Assembly (NCBI GenBank): GCA_965228735.1
Contig: OZ245838.1
Span: 2,880,001 to 2,944,000, forward strand
DNA length: 64,000 nucleotides
DNA from: Planctomycetota bacterium
GTDB taxonomy: Bacteria; Planctomycetota; UBA1135; UBA2386
Direction: 5' to 3'
Shown here: piece by piece, positions 59,240 to 64,000 of the stretch
Position numbering within the stretch: position 1 is the stretch's first letter
How the letters are laid out: each line of letters begins with the position of its first letter
Notes under the pieces: model-generated
Told to the model about the DNA's origin: nothing
The model's input: the letters and a program-made list of their open reading frames with translations, nothing else
Database searches by the model: none
Translations under genes and position numbers: made by a program

Positions 59240-61996
59240 TCACTTCGCTTCGACCGTGACGCGATAGACCCGCATCGTCGTCTCACTCGCCTCCGCGAGC
59301 CGCAGTTCGAAGACGTGCGGCCCGGGGGCGAGCCACGGCGACAGCACGATCTCGATCGACGTCGGGCCGCGGGCCGGGGTCGCCATGGTCTGGACGACTT
59401 CGCCGTCGAGCAGGAACTCGAGTGCGACGCGACCGGTGCGCGGCAGCCGCGTGCGGCTGCCCTTCTGCAACTCGACCCGCACGCCGACCTGCTGGGCTGG
59501 CGGGCCGGGAGCTTCGAAGGCCATGACGATGGCGGAGCGGCCAGCGACCGGCAGGCGGCAGTACCCGCTCCTCAAGCCACCCGGCTCCGCGTCGATCGTC
59601 GCATCCGTGAGCCAGGCGTCGACGTTGCCAACCCCACTCAACTGCGCCGGCTGTGGCAAGAAGTCCGCGACCACGCGAACCGAGTCGTCGACCGGGGCGG
59701 CTCTCACCCATCGGGGAGCCGAGAACCGAACGGGCCGGACCAGCGCCGCGAGACCCGAATCCCGGTCGGGTCGGTCTTCCGCATGATCGCCCGCGACTCG
59801 CGCGGCAGCCCGTTCCACTCCTTCGTAATACATCCGCAGAGCGGACTCGCCGCTAAAACGGTGCTCGGCCGCCGCGTCCTCGACGAGCGCGCGGCCGCGC
59901 GCAATCGCTTCCGACCCCGGCAACAACCCGAGCCGGCGACCGAATGCCCGGCAACCCCAACTGAGCGCGATCGTGCGCTCGAGCGAGGGCGGAGCAACCA
60001 GCGCAACCGTGTTGAATGCAGGTCCGGCAGCGAGCAGTTCGTCGCGCACGGATGCCCCACCGATGGCTGCGCGCAGTTCCAGCGGCATCTCCGCCGGCGC
60101 CGGCCACTCTGCGGGCAGGGCTTCGCCGCACCGGCGCAACGCCAGGACCCAATCGACCGCGAGCTGCGTGACGGCGTGCCCGACCACTTCCGTAGCGCTC
60201 GCGCCGAAGTCGTCGCCCAGGAGATCGAGGAGCGAGGGTCGGGAGTCGACCAACCACGGACGAGCCGCGGCCCCAGCCCGTCGCACCACCGCTGCCGCCG
60301 CTTCGATCATGACCCGCGCGCACTCCAAGCGCTCCTCGTCCCCGCGATGGTCCATGAGGTCGTCGCGGACCATGCCGAGCAGGCGCACGAACGCACCGTC
60401 CGCCGCTGCACCGCCGATCGCAGCGGCCGCGTACGCGCGGAGGATCGGCCGCTGCTCGCCGGCGAGGACCGACCAACACGCGGCAACGATGGCCGCGTAG
60501 GCCGCGGTTTCGCGGCTGTCCTCCGGCGGCCGCTCATAGAGCAATCGCGCCGCCATCGCGGTTGCAGCCAGGCCACGGTCCCCGCCGGCCGCGATCTCGA
60601 AGGCGAGGAACCGAACCAGCTCGGGTGCCGCCGCCGGACCGTCTCGTCCGATCCAGGCGGCGGCTCGCCGAAGTGCCGCATCGAATCGAGCCGGCTCACC
60701 GAACGGGACGTCGCGCACGATCGCGCGCCACTCCAAGTCGCTCGCCACGGGCTCGGGCAGGTGTTGCCGCCACCACCAGCTCGACCGGGCAGCGGCAATC
60801 GTCGCAAGGTCGCCGACGTCGAATGCCCGCTGCAGCCGGCAGGACTCGAGCCACGTGACAACGCCAATCACCGCAGCCAGCAAACCGAGGATCGCCAGCG
60901 CGACCAGCGTCCGACGCCTTCCCCTCGAGCCGGCTCGACGGTCCAGCGCCCGGGGGTCGATTCGAGAGCCGGCCGCGACGGGCAGCCCCGCGAGCCAACG
61001 CTCGAGATCGGCCGCGAACGCGGCACCATCCCGGTATCGGTGGTCGAGGTCGACGGCCGTCGCACACCGCAGCACCGCCGCGAGCTCGGATGGCACGTCG
61101 GCGATGACGCCACGCTCGGTGTCGCCAGCGCGCGCGCGCCCCAGTAGCAGATCATGCAGCGTCAGTCCGAGCGCGAAGACGTCGGCGCGGGGATCGACGC
61201 TACGACCCTCGCGCTGCTCCGGCGCCGCGTAGGCCAGCGTCGCCGCCGCCGTGTGGGTAGTCGATGTCTCGAATCTGCGTGCGAGACCGAAATCCACGAG
61301 CACTGCCGAGTCGCGCCACGGTGGTGCGATGCTGCCGCCCTCGAGCAGAATGTTGGCCGGCTTGATGTCACGGTGCACGAGACCGACGGCGTGCATCGCG
61401 CCGGCGCCGAGGGCCACCTCGATGATCCGGCGCACGAGATCCGCTCGTTCCGGTCCGGTCGGGGCTCGACCACGAGCAGAGAGGTGCTCCAACACACCCT
61501 GGAGCGTCGGCCCGTCGACGAATTGCATCGCGCACCATGACAGGTTTCGCGCCGTGTCCACGCCCGCCGCGTAGACCGGAACGAGATGCGGGTGGGCAAC
61601 CCGGGCGGCGAACTCGGCCTCACGTTGCGGGCGCGCACCGTCGGATCGCTGCGACGTCACGACCACGGGCACGACCTTGAGCGCCACCTCGCGACCGCCG
61701 ACCGACAGTTGCCGAGCACGAAAAACAACACCGCGACCGCCGTGCGCGTGATATCCAGTCAGTTCGAAGTCATCGACCCGCTCGCCCGGCCCGAGGCCCA
61801 GGTGCGTCGGAGTGGCGATGGGCCCGTCTTCGAGAAAGCCGTCGAGACGCGCGTGCCGCTCGAACATCTCCAGCACGCGCGCGCGCGTCTCGGGATCCGG
61901 ACATTGCTCTCGCAGGAAATCCGCTCGTTCACCCGGCGGCAGTGGGAACGCGGCGGCGAACAGATCGTGGAGCGATCCAGGGCGACGAGAGCTCAT
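59240..61996 (-). CDS. Hanks-type Ser/Thr protein kinase with TM helix and large C-terminal domain (start 61996 or 62005)
   Basis: GGRGVVF, VALKV, HPHLV, HRDIKPANILL, DFGLA, YAAPEQ, DVFALG; N-terminal ERADFLREQCPD..R helix typical of ECF-associated STKs. Confidence 0.92.
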   Translation of the reverse strand: MSSRRPGSLHDLFAAAFPLPPGERADFLREQCPDPETRARVLEMFERHARLDGFLEDGPIATPTHLGLGPGERVDDFELTGYHAHGGRGVVFRARQLSVGGREVALKVVPVVVTSQRSDGARPQREAEFAARVAHPHLVPVYAAGVDTARNLSWCAMQFVDGPTLQGVLEHLSARGRAPTGPERADLVRRIIEVALGAGAMHAVGLVHRDIKPANILLEGGSIAPPWRDSAVLVDFGLARRFETSTTHTAAATLAYAAPEQREGRSVDPRADVFALGLTLHDLLLGRARAGDTERGVIADVPSELAAVLRCATAVDLDHRYRDGAAFAADLERWLAGLPVAAGSRIDPRALDRRAGSRGRRRTLVALAILGLLAAVIGVVTWLESCRLQRAFDVGDLATIAAARSSWWWRQHLPEPVASDLEWRAIVRDVPFGEPARFDAALRRAAAWIGRDGPAAAPELVRFLAFEIAAGGDRGLAATAMAARLLYERPPEDSRETAAYAAIVAACWSVLAGEQRPILRAYAAAAIGGAAADGAFVRLLGMVRDDLMDHRGDEERLECARVMIEAAAAVVRRAGAAARPWLVDSRPSLLDLLGDDFGASATEVVGHAVTQLAVDWVLALRRCGEALPAEWPAPAEMPLELRAAIGGASVRDELLAAGPAFNTVALVAPPSLERTIALSWGCRAFGRRLGLLPGSEAIARGRALVEDAAAEHRFSGESALRMYYEGVERAAARVAGDHAEDRPDRDSGLAALVRPVRFSAPRWVRAAPVDDSVRVVADFLPQPAQLSGVGNVDAWLTDATIDAEPGGLRSGYCRLPVAGRSAIVMAFEAPGPPAQQVGVRVELQKGSRTRLPRTGRVALEFLLDGEVVQTMATPARGPTSIEIVLSPWLAPGPHVFELRLAEASETTMRVYRVTVEAK

Positions 61997-62115
61997 CGTG
62001 AGCATCGCCCCCTTCCGGCCCCACTCCCGGTCTCGTAATGTGATCGGCGCGCGGCGTCAGGCCAGCCAGGGTCGGGCCAGCCAGCCTCAGACCAGCAGAC
62101 CGAGGAGTTCCTGAG

Positions 62116-62685
62116 TTGACGATTGCGACGGGACCGAACCACGAGGTAACCAGCCTCCTGACGATGGTAGAGCGCGGTGACCGCGACGCCATCGAACTGC
62201 TCTACCCCCTCGTCCTCGACACGCTCCACGCCCGCGCAGTCGAGTTGCTCGCCGGGCGCCGGGACGGAGGTCAATGGCAACCAACCGCAGTCGTCTCCGA
62301 GGCCTACTGGCGACTCATCGGGCAACGGGCCACGACGTGGCAGAACCGCCAGCACTTTCACCAGATCGCAGCCATCGCCATGCGACGAATCGTCTCTGAC
62401 TGGGCGCGGCACGAGCTCCGGCAGAAGCGGGGTGGCGGTCGGCGCGTCAGCTTGCCCGCCGGCCTGGCAGCCAATGGGTTGTCGGTCGATCAGGTCGTCT
62501 GCCTCGACGAACTCCTCGAATTGCTCGGCGAGGAGCACGCCCGCAGTGCAAAGGTCGTCGAACTGCGCTGTTTCGGCGGAATGCTGATGCCCGACGTGGC
62601 GGAGGCGCTGGCCGTCAGCCAGCGCACGGTCGAAATCGACTGGCAGTTCGCACGAACGTGGCTGCATAAGCGAATCGTGGGCTGA
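62116..62685 (+). CDS. ECF sigma factor, STK-associated (Rhodopirellula/Verrucomicrobium type)
   Basis: VTSLL..GDRDA..LYPLV, QPTAVVSEAYWRL, WQNRQHF..AMRRI, KRGGG, VVELRCFGG, TVEIDWQFARTWL. Confidence 0.92.
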   Translation: MTIATGPNHEVTSLLTMVERGDRDAIELLYPLVLDTLHARAVELLAGRRDGGQWQPTAVVSEAYWRLIGQRATTWQNRQHFHQIAAIAMRRIVSDWARHELRQKRGGGRRVSLPAGLAANGLSVDQVVCLDELLELLGEEHARSAKVVELRCFGGMLMPDVAEALAVSQRTVEIDWQFARTWLHKRIVG

Positions 62686-62837
62686 TCACCTCGCACTCGA
62701 TGCGGGAGTCTGGCACCCGCCACTCTCCACGCGACGGATCCAGGCTAGAACCGCAGTGATTCTCGCGAGTCGAGTCTCGCGAGCCCGTGTTTCACGATTC
62801 ACAGGTGATGCCAGCCCGACCGCTGCCCACCACCCGC

Positions 62838-64000
62838 CTACAGGTTCTGGTAGTTCGGGCCGCCGCCGCCCTCGGGCGTGACCCAGTTGATCACCTGGTA
62901 GGGATCCATGATGTCGCACGTCTTGCAGTGCACGCAGTTGCTCGCGTTGATCTTGAGGTCGATGCCGTGCTTGCTGCCCGACTTCTCCTCCATCTCGTAG
63001 ACCGCGGCCGGGCAGAAGTGCTGGCACGGGTTGCCGAACTCCTCGACGCACCGCGTCGAGCACAGGTCCGGCTGCGTCACGACGAGGTGACACGGCTGAT
63101 CCTCCTCGTGCATCGTGCCCGAGCTGTAGACCGACGTGAGCTTGTCGAACGTGAGGTTGCCGTCCTCGGCGAGCTTGCTCGGCTCGGGCTTGCCCGAGTC
63201 GCCGAAGTACTCGGACACCTTCTGCATGTAGGTGTGGCCCGCGTTGCTCTTCAGCTCGTCGGACCAGAACGTGCCCTTGCCAGAGAACAGCTGGGCGAAG
63301 CCCGCGTTCACGAGACCCGCGAGGCGCCCCTTGTGGAACCCCTGGTGGAAGTTGCGGCACGCCCACAGCTCGTCGTGGATCCAGTCCTGGTCCATCGCGT
63401 CGCGGTACGACTTCGTCGCGCTCTCGGAGAAGTCGCCGCTCTTCAGGCACGACACCGCGGTCTCCGCCGCGAGCATGCCGCTGCGCATCGCGAGGTGGAT
63501 GCCCTTGAGCCGCATGCTGTTCATCAGGCCCGTGCTGTCGCCGACGATCACGAAGCCGTCGCCGTAGTTCTTCGGCATCGAGTAGAGCCCGCCCTCGGGC
63601 AGCGACTTCGCGCCGTAGTGCAGCATCTTGCCGCCCTCGAGGAACGCGCGGATCTTCGGGTTGAGCTTCATCCGCTGCAGCTGGCGGTGCGCGTCCATCG
63701 ACGGGTCGGGGCAGTCGAGCCCGACGACCAGACCGATCGACACCATGTTCTTGTCGCCGCCGTCGGTCTCGCCCATGCCGTAGACCCAACCGCCGCCGAA
63801 CGTCTTGCCGTCGAGGGGGTAGCCCATCGTGTGGACGACGAGACCCGGCGCGCACTGCCCCTTGGGCACCTCCCACACCTCCTTGACGCCGATGCCGTAG
63901 ACCTGCGGGTTCTTGCCCTCGAGCTGCAGGTCCGCGATCAGCTGCTTCGTCATCGAGCCGCGGCTGCCCTCGGCGAGCACGACGAGCTTGCTCGCGAGGA
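62838..64000 (-). CDS. Electron transfer flavoprotein-ubiquinone oxidoreductase (5' end outside window)
   Basis: LAEGSRG, YGIGVKEVW, HTMGYPL, KGIHLAMRSG, HEEDQPCHL, CPAAVYE, NCVHCKTCDI, WVTPEGGGGP. Confidence 0.95.
   Translation of the reverse strand, partial: LASKLVVLAEGSRGSMTKQLIADLQLEGKNPQVYGIGVKEVWEVPKGQCAPGLVVHTMGYPLDGKTFGGGWVYGMGETDGGDKNMVSIGLVVGLDCPDPSMDAHRQLQRMKLNPKIRAFLEGGKMLHYGAKSLPEGGLYSMPKNYGDGFVIVGDSTGLMNSMRLKGIHLAMRSGMLAAETAVSCLKSGDFSESATKSYRDAMDQDWIHDELWACRNFHQGFHKGRLAGLVNAGFAQLFSGKGTFWSDELKSNAGHTYMQKVSEYFGDSGKPEPSKLAEDGNLTFDKLTSVYSSGTMHEEDQPCHLVVTQPDLCSTRCVEEFGNPCQHFCPAAVYEMEEKSGSKHGIDLKINASNCVHCKTCDIMDPYQVINWVTPEGGGGPNYQNL

Noticed and set aside
57300..62830. Prophage or integrative element
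   Set aside because: No integrase, transposase, tRNA target or flanking direct repeats detected

Overview
A high-GC, gene-dense bacterial chromosomal segment of mostly core genes, probably from a Planctomycetota-type diderm. That assignment is inferred from bamA, a Rhodopirellula-type ECF sigma/Ser-Thr kinase pair, a DUF1570-like zincin and an FG-GAP protein. From left to right it contains: a minus-strand coaB-ftsK-(motorless ftsK paralog)-dnaB-bamA run; a TolC/adaptor/ABC (MacAB-TolC-like) exporter; a signalling run (PTS enzyme I, 4x Myb-like repeat protein, STAS, PAS histidine kinase, receiver, degenerate HD-GYP); propionyl-CoA carboxylase genes with mce; mutM interrupted by one in-frame TAG; secreted proteins; an MFS transporter; a UGM-like flavoprotein; a ~950 bp intergenic region with a strongly structured + strand RNA candidate; queD-like and cupin genes; a stand-alone EF-G; a tandem active/pseudo beta-carbonic anhydrase with a His-rich stalk; two tandem GT-C paralogs; nagA; an NHL-repeat protein; glpD; a methyltransferase; an FG-GAP/STK/ECF cassette; and a truncated ETF-QO. 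I saw no rRNA, tRNA, CRISPR array, transposase or integrase. The best novelty candidates are the motorless FtsK (4TM-linker-gamma) directly behind full FtsK, the unrecognised structured ncRNA at ~36.3 kb, the PtsI-coupled Myb-repeat signalling locus, a C-terminal domain shared by two unrelated secreted proteins (possible sorting signal), and the membrane-anchored pseudo-dimeric carbonic anhydrase. All calls come from reading motifs by eye; no database searches were run.
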